NCBI GenBank assembly: GCA_002269645.1
Contig: NIVC01001985.1
Coordinates: 156,236-215,985 of the forward strand
DNA: 59,750 nucleotides
Direction: 5' to 3'
Origin: Macrostomum lignano
Taxonomy: Eukaryota
The translations under genes were made by a program, and so were the position numbers. Every line of letters starts with the position of its first letter. Position 1 is the stretch's first letter. The notes beneath the pieces were generated by a model. That model saw nothing but the letters and a program-made list of their open reading frames with translations. It was not told where the DNA came from and did not search any database. Below, one piece after another: positions 1 to 10,694 of the stretch.

Positions 1-310
1 AGATCTAATTGAGGCTATGGATTGAGATCTAACTAAGGCTATGGGTTGAGATGTAATTGAGGCTATGGATTGAGATCTAATTGAGGCTATGCATTGAGAT
101 CTAATTGAGGCTATGGATTGAGATCTAACTGAGGCTATGGATGAGATCTAACTGAGGCTATGGATTGAGATCTAATTGAGGCTGAGGCTATGCATTGAGA
201 TCGAATTGAGGCTATGAATTGAGATCTAACTGAGGCTATGGGTTGAGATCTAACTGAGGCTAGAGGCTATGCATTGAGATCGAATTGAGGCTATGCATTG
301 AGATCTAACA
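1..310. repeat. 24-bp minisatellite (GAGATCTAATTGAGGCTATGGATT), about 12 copies, in MCM2 intron
   Basis: Head-to-tail units visible directly, no spacers. Confidence 0.95.
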
Positions 311-407
311 GGCCATGCATTTAGGTTGAAATGCCCTGGGATATTAAAGGAAGCCTAAAGAATTCAAATTGAATTGTAGAGTTGATATACTTAATTCAAA
401 GAATTAC

Positions 408-616
408 CTATCTAGCTCGGGAATATGGCCTATAGTCGTTCATCATATCGTCGCCAAACAGTTCCTCGCCATTGTCCTCTTCGCCATCTTCGCCGACTCC
501 GCCGCGCACCTCCGGAGCGGCCAGATTGGCGTCCTCGTCGTCGGAGCCGATGCCGCCGCCGGCGTTGGCAGCGGCGTCGTCTTCGAACGAGCTAGTGAAG
601 AATCGTCATCGGCCAT
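408..616 (-). CDS. MCM2: DNA replication licensing factor MCM2, N-terminal coding exon (frameshifted as written; rest of gene is left of the window)
   Basis: Minus strand reads SSFEDD...EEDNGEELFGDDMMNDYRP(+1)IPELD, matching the MCM2 N-terminal PFEDE and GEELxGDxMxxDYRxIPELD motifs. Donor AG|GTAATT at 407. ATG at 616 (MADDDSS) needs a shift near 600 to join this frame, or an acceptor CACTAG near 593 is used instead. Confidence 0.8.
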
Positions 617-930
617 GGCTAATGTTTAGTCAGTTATTTGTTACAAAATTTTTGTATTTTATTAGATTTCTTATTGTTTTACAGAAGCCGCGCCTCGCAA
701 AATCAAGCTGGTGAGGGAAATGAATACCGATTAGTTGCTAATATACTTAAAATTTGAATTTTCAGATGTTTGCTATGCTACTACAATAATACGATAAACA
801 GTAGTATAAATAGATTTTTACCAGCGAAAATCAATTAAACAACAAAATTCGATTAAAAAACCCCGTGAAAAATTATCGGATATATTTTAGGATCTTTCCC
901 AACGCCAACTGTTATAGAACTAGCGCCGAA

Positions 931-938
<8 letters not shown>

Positions 939-969
<31 letters not shown>
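939..969. repeat. (CA)n microsatellite
   Basis: Direct reading. Confidence 0.95.
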
Positions 970-970
<1 letters not shown>

Positions 971-1122
971 ATCTTAAAGTGTATAAATGAAAAATAGGTG
1001 ACTTGAGCGTATTAGTACACATGATAAGGAGAACGATAGAAATTTATTTAGCAAAAATGCAGTTTTTTAATTTGAAAAGCAGGAAGTTTATTAACGCGCT
1101 TGCAAATTCAATTGATTAGAAT

Positions 1123-1475
1123 TTAGAAGTCGGTGAGTCGCTGCGTTGGGTAAGTCTGAAATGAAATGAAAAATCAAGGCCAGTAATGTATGAATTATTA
1201 AATGCATTCAAGAAGTGCCTAGATTGTTTTCTTAACTCACCAAAATGCTCGGCTCCAATGCATAGCCATACTTAATCATCTCGATGGACACGTTGGCCGA
1301 ACAAAGACTACAGAGCAGTTGTACGGCGGCTGAAATTATTATTAGGGTTAGGGTTGTAAAATATATACTACAATACCGGACCAAGATAAAATGCATCCTT
1401 AATACTAGCTAGTAGTAATGTAGTAGTTAGTAGTAGTAGCAGTAGTAGTAGTAGTAGAAGTAGTGGTAATAGTAT

Positions 1476-1526
<51 letters not shown>

Positions 1527-1618
1527 AAGTAGTAGTAGTAGTGGTAATAGTAGTAGTAGTAGTAGTAGCAGTAGTAGTAGTAGTAGAAGTAGTGGTAATA
1601 GTATTAGTAGTAGTATTC

Positions 1619-1678
<60 letters not shown>

Positions 1679-1727
1679 GTATTCGTAGTAGTAGTAGAAG
1701 TAGTAGTAGTAGTAGTAGAAGTGGTAA

Positions 1728-1820
<93 letters not shown>

Positions 1821-4807
1821 CAGCAGTCTTAAATGTCTCGTACTAGGAATGCCTATGAATCTATTAACAAAGCGTGTATGCCTTAATGCGTGTCTGCACA
1901 TTGCTTGCAATAGTTTGTTTACCTCGTCCAGCAAAGTGCGCACAATTTGCACCGCCTTCGGCTCTGAGCTGTTCGTCATCAAATCGCAGAAAAAATTGCT
2001 AGCCGCCTCGCTCCACTGGCCGTTCGCATCCGTCGGCTTCAAACAGTCCAGATAGGCCAACGCCGTCAACTGACTGCAGGCGTCGGCAAATTGCCGCTTC
2101 AGATAATACAGATCCGTTAGGCTGACAATTTCTGAGCCGCTAGGCGGCTCGTCTAACGGCCGGACTCGAACCCGGCCGGCCCGGGGAGCGCCGTCGAATC
2201 CGAGCGCTTGGACGCGGATTAGTCGGCCATTGGCGCCGCCCAGTCTGGCAGCGCACAGCAGACCGCCTGTGGCTGCGTGACGACGTGAGATCGGCTGCCA
2301 ATCAGCGCAAGCTTTCATGTCGGCTTGGAGGCGTCGGCGCTGTTCGTCTAGCCGGCTGCTATGCACAGAGAGCAGCAGGTCGTCTGGGCAAGTGGCCTTC
2401 ACGCTCACCTGTGAAGGTAGTGTAATACTGTAATATAGTAGCTATTGTACTTGCAGCCATGCACCTACATGTACAGGGCTATTGAGACACCTAGTAGGGC
2501 GGTTAGACAGCGACTCTGGAGTCTGGTAGATTCTAATGAGTCTGGTGGACTCTGATGAGTCTGGTGGATTCTGATGAGGCTGGTCGATTCTGAAGAGTCT
2601 GGTAGATTCTAATGAGTCTGGTGGACTCTGATGAGTCTGGTGGATTCTGATGAGTCTGGTGGATTCTGAAGAGGCTAGTGGATTCTGAAGAGGCTAGTGG
2701 ATTCTGAAGAGTCTGGTGGATTCTGATGAGTTTGGTGGATTCTGAAGAGTCTGGTGGATTCTGATGAGTTTGGTGGATTCTGAAGAGTCTGGTGGATTCT
2801 GATGAGTTTGGTGGATTCTGAAGAGTCTGGTGGATTCTGATGAGTTTGGTGGATTCTGATGAGTCTGGTAGATTCTTATGAGTTTGGTGGATTCTGAAGA
2901 GTCTGGTGGATTCTGATGAGTCTGGTAGATTTTGATGAGTTTGGTGTATTCTGAAGAGTCTGGTGGATTTGTACGATATAGAGTAAAAGCAAGTCCAACT
3001 TACCCTGACAGTGCCAGTATTCGGATCGGCATATTCCGCTACAGGCAGCGGCTGCAGCTGGCAGCCAATGGGTACACAGTCGGCCGGAATTCCGTTACTA
3101 CCACTGTCCCCGTCGCCGTACGTAGACCAGGTGTCGCTCCGATCCAATTCGCTAATGCATGTATTGGTCATGGACTTCAGACCAACGGACGAGACGTCGC
3201 CGCCGCCGCCAGACGATGAAGACGAGGACAAAGGCGGCAGAGGTGGTGAATACAACTGTAGATTTTGCAAAGGTTGATGCAGCTCTTGAGGAAGCTTCGG
3301 TAGCTGCTCGTCTTCGGGCAGTTGCTGCAGTGGCTGCTGCTTGATACAGTTAGCCGGCAATTCGTTGCTGAAAAGCATAACGCATCGACTGCCGTCAATT
3401 TGACTGTCGAGCCTGACATGAACCTAACGTAAACTCATATCCTTAACCATAACGCTACTAACCTAACCTAAACCCTATAACCTAAAATCTAAAACGTAGA
3501 TTTCACACACGATTTTTCCCTAAGTAAAACATAAAAACAAAAAATTTATCTAGGTTGATTCATAATAAAAATTCGTAATAACAACAATATAATTAATTAC
3601 ACCTGCCCTACTGGGCAGTTTTGCAACAGACAGCTCAGCCCTAGCTAATTCAGGGTGAACTGAAGCAATGCAGAGTTAAGTGTCTTGCTCAAGGACACAA
3701 ATTGTTCCAAGTGAGTTGAGAATCGAACCCCCGACCTTTCCTGCGTGAGTCCGACGCTCTGACCACTAGGCCACAACCCCTAGCCTATGGGTTTAGTTAA
3801 GTAAATAAATAAGGTTAAATACATTAAACGGACTCCTAAATAGCTGTAATTGATGACATTGCCATTGAAATGCTTTGGGAATCAGGATGCAAAAATGGCA
3901 CTCGGATTTCTGATGAAAAAATCCGCAGATAATTAAATATGACTCACCTAGCAGGCGGTGCTGGTCGCAGGCTGTCGGCCAACTGTACCAGCGGACAGGC
4001 GCCTAATCGAGGCACCAGTCGCAGTCGCTTCTCCGCCTTTACCATCGCGTCGAAGCTGAGAAATCCCAGCTGCCGACAGGGCTCGAAGCCGTACTGGGAG
4101 CAATAGGCCTCGGATAGCTGATCCAGTGGCGCCGGGCCGTCAGGCCAGTTGGCCACCATATTGACCAGTTTATCGGAGTTCGGGTCGGTGACGTACAGGC
4201 CAGATTTAGCCGGCATCAGCCTGTGGTCGCCATTAGGCGTCTCAATGATGTCAATGACGCCGCAAGATTGCAGGAATCGCATAAATGATAGCATAGAATT
4301 GCAGGCAAACTGGTCTAGACGCAGTACAAAACCGTAACGTTGAAAATAAAGCCCGCCAAAGTGACCTAAACTGCAGCCTTCGCCGTTTTTAGCAAAGAAT
4401 TCTTCAACTAATTTGGCTATACGATTTCGCACCTGTTGCGGACAGCTGGGATTCCGATTGGCCGACTTTTTTTGAAAGCTAAAGCGACTTTTACCGCCGC
4501 GACAGCTTTTATTTTCTGTGTTAATTTTCTCGATAATGCGTTTGGAAGCATGGTTGGGCGGCTGGGTGCTTTTAGCGCACATGTTGGCGCCCACTCTGTA
4601 CATCGTCAGAGTGCCTGGCAGTGCAACTCTGATTAGCTCTTCAACGCTGCTAAAACCGTGTTCACGAAATGGCACCGGATGACCCATAGTTCTCTCGTAG
4701 GCTTCGGCTAACGATTGAAGAGTCACGTGACTGCCCGACTTGGTTGCCAGGACGTGAATAGAAGCTGAAAATACGCTTTTGATAACTTCAATGCTTGTAG
4801 GAGCCAT
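1123..4807 (-). CDS. TDRD5: LOTUS(OST-HTH)x3 + extended Tudor protein, TDRD5/Tejas-like piRNA-pathway factor; 5 exons, about 600 aa
   Basis: Exons 4807-3948, 3367-3004, 2408-1923, 1329-1241, 1155-1123, all GT-AG. Exon 1 has three LOTUS-like repeats (LAEAYERTMGHPVPFREHGFSSVEELI; FGGLYFQRYG..FACNSMLSFM; LSEAYCSQYG..LGFLSFDAMV). Exons 3-4 give one extended Tudor (LCAAR..RVQAL..WSEAASNFFCDL..NVSIEMIKYGYA). Splice phases agree except for a one-base conflict at exon 3/4. AATAAA at 1092-1087. One Tudor favours TDRD5 over TDRD7. Confidence 0.78.
1410..1820. repeat. (TAG)n microsatellite in TDRD5 intron 3
   Basis: Direct reading; source of the spurious poly-Leu and poly-Val ORFs. Confidence 0.97.
2510..2968. 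repeat. 19-bp minisatellite (GAGTCTGGTGGATTCTGAW) in TDRD5 intron 2
   Basis: About 24 tandem units. Confidence 0.95.
3596..3785 (-). mobile_element. tRNA-derived SINE with CORE-like body
   Basis: Minus strand has A box TGGCCTAGTGG and B box GGTTCGATTC, then GTGTCCTTGAGCAAGACACTTAACTC, which resembles the MIR/CORE motif GTGACCTTGGGCAAGTCACTTAACC. Second copy at 30773-31007. Confidence 0.75.
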
Positions 4808-7418
4808 CCCAATTGGTTTGTTGGTTCATGAATTGGAATATTGCCATTGTAGTGCCAGATTACAAAGCACAATTAGGAATAACCTGATGGCAGACAAGGG
4901 AATCAAAGATAAGTTCTTTAGCTTAATTTACCCATATGACATATTGCAGCCAAATTAACATGGATCACATACATCTCTATGAATTGACATAAAGAGGATA
5001 TGCAAAAAGGTAATAGAAAGCCTAAAAATCAGTCAACAATTAGAGATGGAGTATTAGAGATTAGAGTAATTCCTAAATTTTAAGAAGTATTGATTTCATA
5101 ACCATATATGTTTTGTCTAAGAACCTATATATCTATAACTTTCAATAGCAATATCTGTATCTACAATGGAGCTCTATATAAATAGTTTTGGTTGCAACTA
5201 TGTGAAAACAAATTTTGGCTTAACTATAATACTATATAATCTATCTCTATTAGGTCTTATATCACCTTCACCTAACAATTATTACTATGACACTAGCAAA
5301 AACTCTAGCCATATTGATTTTGCATATATGGGACCATTATATAGAACATTCCAATGATCATGAGATAAATAGGCCTAGGATAATTGGCAATCTTTCAGAT
5401 AATAATTACCAAGTAAATTGACTATCACCTTAATAACAGTTTTAAATAAATAAAGTAGAAGCTCTTAAAATAACATTACAAATGGTTTCTAGTATTAGCT
5501 CTTTTATAAATTAGCACTTTCCCTTGTGGCTTATATGTTATATCAGTTTTGGATAAAATCAATTCAAATATTAAAATTGTCCTAAAATGATCATATTTTA
5601 AAAATATAATAACTTTGTATATTTCGCATCTGGACTCTATATATTTAGAGAAATAGGGTCACATTGAGCTTTAAACCACTTGCACAGATGTCTCAAATGA
5701 ACTGGCTCTATTGAATAAGACCTCAGCTTTAATTCTACATATAAACATAGGCCTAATACAAAAAACTATAGGTTAAAAAGTAGAATGTAATATGTATCCC
5801 CCTGAATTTTGAAGATAGGCCTAATCATTTCAATATTACTAGTCTATAGTATAGACTCTATAGACTCTATACAAATGATTATTAATTGAAAGTATAATAA
5901 ATATTTTTGTGGAATATTTAATATATACTTGATGCAATACCTAATTATATCTATTAGAATAGAAGAGGTTGAAGCATTTTATTTTTAATTGTTTTTAGCA
6001 GTTTTGGAACATGATCATTTTTTTCTAAAAGTTTCATAGAAATGATTGCCTTTTAAAACAAATAATATATAGACTGACTATTTAAATGATATAAATATTA
6101 TAGGTTATTCTATTAGAATAGAACTAAATTATTAGGATATCAAAAATACTTTTATAAAATAGAGTCAAATTTCAATGGTGATTGTCTATTGAAATTGATA
6201 TATTAAGCAATGATGATCATTTAAAAGAATAGGCCTATTAGACAATTATATAACTATTATTATCAAATCAAAAGTTAAGACAAAAACTTTTGGCTAAATA
6301 ATTTGCCTTTGGCAAATCAATTGGCTAGCTATTTTTATTGATATTCATTAATAGTTCAATAGGCCTGCCTAGTAAATTTTAATTGCATGTTTTTAAATAT
6401 AGAGTACTTAAGCATAGCAGCCATGTCTAGTCTATAATATTTATGCTTATAGGCACAGCTATAATCATTGATATAAAATGTGTGTTCTATAAGGCTCTCT
6501 CATAATCAAATGGTGGCTTAGTGGATAAGATGATTGTCTTGTGATTGCATATAGCAAGGTTTGAATCCTAAGTGGTTGTAGTTTTTTTTTAATTTGAATT
6601 TTTTTTAGCAAATAGAAATTTTTGTGTCTTAAACTTTTTAAGTTTTTTAATTAATGACTGACTGACTGACTGACCATACATGCGCAACCTTCAAAATTTG
6701 GTCATCCATGCAACTTAGTTTTAACAAAAATGCGACATAGTTTTTGGCCAAAAATGCAACTAACATATAAAAAACCCTAGCATAAGTAGTGTAAAGCAAA
6801 ATTAACGCTACTATAGGTAGGGACTTCAATGAGGCAAAATTATCCCGTTCAAAATTGTAAAAATGGCAAAAAGGGCCTATCTTTCTACACTTATAACTAT
6901 TAAAAGGAGTAAAGTGTGAAGTAAAGTTAATATACTTTGAAAAGGCAACATTTTTTTCTTTCAAATAAGACCAGCTTTATTGAAAACCATTGATTTATTA
7001 CAAAGCTATACTTACTCAAAGTTTTGCTTTCTTTTCAAAAAAAAATGTATGTGTGACGGTTGCAAAAAATGCACATGTTTCGGAATTTGAATTTTTCTAA
7101 GAAATGCATCATTTTTTACGCAATGAAACGATTGTAATACAAAGGGAATACATTAGAGAACATTTTAAAGACTTTTCAGCCATATTTGTTATTATGCAAG
7201 TAGGAGAAAAACATGTTTTTTTTAGTTTTTATCATTTTACTCACTGAAGCTCCATAGCGCCGCAGTTCTCCCATAGCTAATCAGACGCCCACATTTGTTA
7301 GCTACAAGACGAAAAAAGAATCATGAAAATCGGTTGCTGCGCAATGCTGCGCGAGCAGTTTAAAGTCAGCCATCCCATTTGTGATCAAAGTAGGTTTTGC
7401 CCTTGAATCATTAGGGCA

Positions 7419-7858
7419 ATCATGAACTTTCCCGCGTTTAATTATTTTTTATCTTGTTCGTAAATTTCCAGCTTTGAAGACATTGAAGACATGGCCGGAA
7501 GACCTGCCGCACCAACAACTATAGTCGAGCCAGCCGATGTTCTTCCTGCCATTGAGCTGACCGAGTTGGACCTCAACCACCGTGAGCTGGCCCTGCTGAC
7601 GGATGACACAGCAGTCCAGTGGCTGGCACGGCACGGACTTCTGCGGAACAGCATCGACTGCCCGAACTGTGCCACCGCAATGTCCTATTCTGGATCTGCC
7701 ACTACTACCCCTGCTGACTGTGACTCTTTATTAACTAATAATCGTGGTACCTAGTGTTTTTTATGCCCCTGAACTTTAATAATACTAATTTTCATCACCC
7801 CGCACTTAAAGGTTACGAACAAGATAAAAAAATAATTAAACGCGGGAAAGTTCATGAT
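7419..7858. repeat. 45/46-bp inverted repeat pair (7419-7463 and 7813-7858) bounding a 440-bp cassette
   Basis: ATCATGAACTTTCCCGCGTTTAATTATTTTTT(T)ATCTTGTTCGTAA and its reverse complement differ only in one homopolymer base. Confidence 0.93.
7491..7700 (+). pseudogene. N-terminal zinc-ribbon fragment resembling ISXO2/IS1595-like (Merlin-type) transposases
   Basis: AVQWLARHGLLRNSIDCPNCATAM fits the AxxFLxxxGLL...CxxCxxxM start of these enzymes. Acceptor TTTCCAG at 7472. No DDE core follows. Confidence 0.55.
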
Positions 7859-7980
7859 CGCCTCATTAGTTTGTCATTCGGCTGTTTTTCTACTTGACCA
7901 TTATGATTATAACCGATGCTTGCATTTTAGGCAGCTTGCACATGCTTTCGTGCATTTCAGAAGCGATCAGGTTTCGGGGA

Positions 7981-8946
7981 TTAATCGTCATCCTCTAGCA
8001 TGTTCAGATCACCAGCGTAGAAGTCCGAGTACAGGTTGTACTCGAATCTTTCTCCAGGGAAATTGTCGAACTCGACCTCAAACATCCTGGACAGGATGTC
8101 CAAGTTCCGAGCCGTCGGCAACTCGCGGATGACGGCGCCCTCTTCCCACTGCTCCCCATCGGCATACAAGAACTTCACTTCAATTCTTCGTCCAGGCAGC
8201 TCTGGGCAGGACTCGAGCGTCCGAACTGTGGTTTCAGGAGCCTCGTCTGCAGCATCGTCATCGTCCTGAATTCTCCATCCTCGTCCCCTGCCTCTACCGC
8301 GTCCTCGGCCACGTCCTCGGCCGCGTCCTCGGCCACATCCTCGGCTGCGTCCTCGGCTGCGTCCTCGCTGAGGCGCCGGCGGCTGGACCTCACGTGGCTT
8401 CAGCTTCTTGGCCACCAGCTCACGGACTCTTGCGCTACATTCTTGGGGCGGCAGAACGTCTCCAGACGCAGAAGTGGAGGCAGAAGGGACAAGCTCCTGC
8501 TCTTGAGCATTCAGGATGTCAAGGAGCTCCCCCAGCTGATCCTGAAGCTGAGCTGTGCTGTGCTGCCTGCCTCTCTCCGAGAAGTGCAGCAGCGTAACCT
8601 TGCCTGGTGGCAGCGGAGCCTCTAAAATGTGTTAAATAAATTGCTTAGAATAGATAGCAAAATAGTCCCATGTATTCGTAGCTTACGCATGGCCTTGTGA
8701 AGTCGAAGCTGGGCTTTCACAGCCTGCTCGACGCTGTTGGCCGCGAGGGATGGGATGACCGCATTGTATAAGGGCCAAGTTGCTTCTGTCTGCTTAGGAG
8801 CAATGGCAGCCTCAATGACTCCAACTTCCAGCTGCTGCTGGTTGAGGGCAGCCTGAACAGCCATGCGGCCACCACTCTTAAACAGATCAAGAGCAGCCCC
8901 AATTGTCATGGAAGCTGGTAGGTCAGACATGCTGCCAAGTGCTAGG
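7981..8946 (-). CDS. 3' part of a spliced transposon-associated gene: helical region, RG repeat, C-terminal Spindlin/Ssty-like Tudor domain (5' exons absent)
   Basis: Exons 8946-8687 and 8621-7981 joined in phase by a 65-nt GTAAGC..TAG intron (AVKAQLRLHKAMQ|APLPPGKVTLLHFSERG). Ends LPGRRIEVKF..WEEGAVI..FEYNLYSDFYAGDLNML, like the Spin/Ssty end YxYxLLDDYxxGDLxI. Confidence 0.65.
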
Positions 8947-10694
8947 CTGGAAAGTAAACTTAAGGGTAAAGCCAAGGTATATCAAACAAGACTATGTAAG
9001 CTTTTAAAAGCATTATCATTAAGACAGTTACAGTTGTATGTCAGTTGAATTAATTCTGAATGCTGAAAAGTTGTTATATCTTATCATTTATATATAAATG
9101 CAATATTACTGCAATATTAGGTAGTGGCTATGTCATATGCATTCATGGATTATATGTATTCTTATATCAAAAAGTGTGCCCAATGAAAAGTCTTTTTTAG
9201 CTATAAAAATTTGAAAAAAATGGGAAAAAATAAGACCTCTGGCAACAAAATCCATCAAGAAATAAAAAAATTATAGCAAATTGATTTTCAAAAGTTACAT
9301 AATCTCCGAAAAATGATCACAGTGCCCTATGGAAAAAATACATTACGAGCTAGTACAAAAAATGTAGCACAAAATGTACCATAACTTTTTTAATACCCAA
9401 CCAATTTTTATAAATGAAATGTCACCATGCTCATAAAGCATGGATCTATATGATGAAGTACAAAAAATGGCCTAATTTTTAGTTTTAAAAACCTCACTGA
9501 AGTCCCTACTATAGGTAAACGGTAGGAGTAACTATGACTTTACTATGACTATAGTTATAGACTATGACTATGACTAATAAGACATAACTATGACTATGTC
9601 TTATTAAGTCAAAATGCCTCGTCAGCTACATAGTACTACTACTTTGGTATTTTTTGGGTGGGCACTTTTGCAACTTCCTTGTTTGGCCGCCAAATTGGTC
9701 AGCCAAATCAGCCGACTTGGCCAACTGTTGTGCATGTATGTGACTGACTGACTGACTTTTTTAGTAGCTACATATATTATTATTGCAGCTGCACTTTAAA
9801 AAAAGATTTTGTGTTATTCTTAAAATTAAAATTAATTTAATTTAAAAAATTCAAATAAAAAACTTTGACTTTTCAATTGATTGATCTTTTCATTTGATCA
9901 ATGATTATATACATGGCATGGCAGCCATGCCCATAAGCTCTAATATTAGAGACATGGCCACCCACCCATGTTTTTAAGTGTAAATCAATTCCATATTCAT
10001 GACACAACCATCCACTATGTCTCTAAATATGAACCCATTCAATATTAATGACATGGCTACCGTGCAAGTTTCATTGACACAGTGGCCATGTCTAATAGTG
10101 ACTAGGTCTATTTATAGACATAGCAGCCGTGTCTATAATGCAAATACTTATTTGAATTTTTGACACAGCCGCTTTCATAAGTAGGCCGTGTTTTATTTGA
10201 ATTTCTTTCAAGCTTTTAACAAACATTTTTACTTAAAAACATTATTCACGAAAAATCAGCCTAAATATCAGACAACGGTCGTTTATTCTGTAAAACAAAC
10301 ACACCAACTTAAAAGACAGAGAATTGAAAAAACAAAACAATTATATTTAAATCATACGAAAGTCTCCGTCCCCGCACCACCTGACCTGACCTGATCACTC
10401 GATTGCAGTCTCACGTCAGAAGCGTGGACGTGTGGCTGTTGAACGTTTGCAGATTTTTGCTGATTTAATTATATGAAACTGGCGTTTTCTTAATAAGAAA
10501 AGTCCATCTCTTTTATTGCCATTTTTATTCCTTTCTTAAAATGAGAACGCATTAATTGATCATTTTAGTTAGGCCTAGCATTTCTCGTTTCAGCTTTGTG
10601 CCTTGGCTTTAGTTCACAAGTCAAAAGTTTTTTATAGATAAAGAGTTTAAACACTACAAGCAACTTTCTTATTTTATCTTTTGAGGAATTCAGA

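Larger units (their letters stand above)
6675..9740. mobile_element. 3.07-kb non-autonomous DNA transposon, superfamily unresolved, inserted in (TGAC)n
   Basis: TIR CATACATGC(G/A)CAAC 13/14 at 6675 and 9740. Subterminal IR GTAGGGACTTCA(A/G)TGAGG 17/18 at 6817-6834 and 9492-9509. TGAC repeats abut both ends (compatible with a 4- or 8-bp TSD). Confidence 0.72.

Noticed and set aside
1343-1356. TTAGGG telomeric repeat; (TTAG)n at 20.1 kb
   Set aside because: Only two TTAGGG units; TTAG is not the TTAGGG telomere motif
1368-1846. Poly-Leu and poly-Val membrane protein ORFs
   Set aside because: Translations of the intronic (TAG)n tract
3385-3520. Helentron/HINE-like hairpin plus CCTAA-rich tract
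   Set aside because: Too short and degenerate to assign without a consensus
3710-3785. Functional tRNA gene (also 6503-6575, 16480-16520, 20792-20875)
   Set aside because: A/B boxes are present but the anticodon or acceptor stems do not pair; treated as SINE heads
9910-10170. Cluster of GACATGGC words as p53-like sites
   Set aside because: They do not fit paired RRRCWWGYYY half-sites; probably decayed repeat interior
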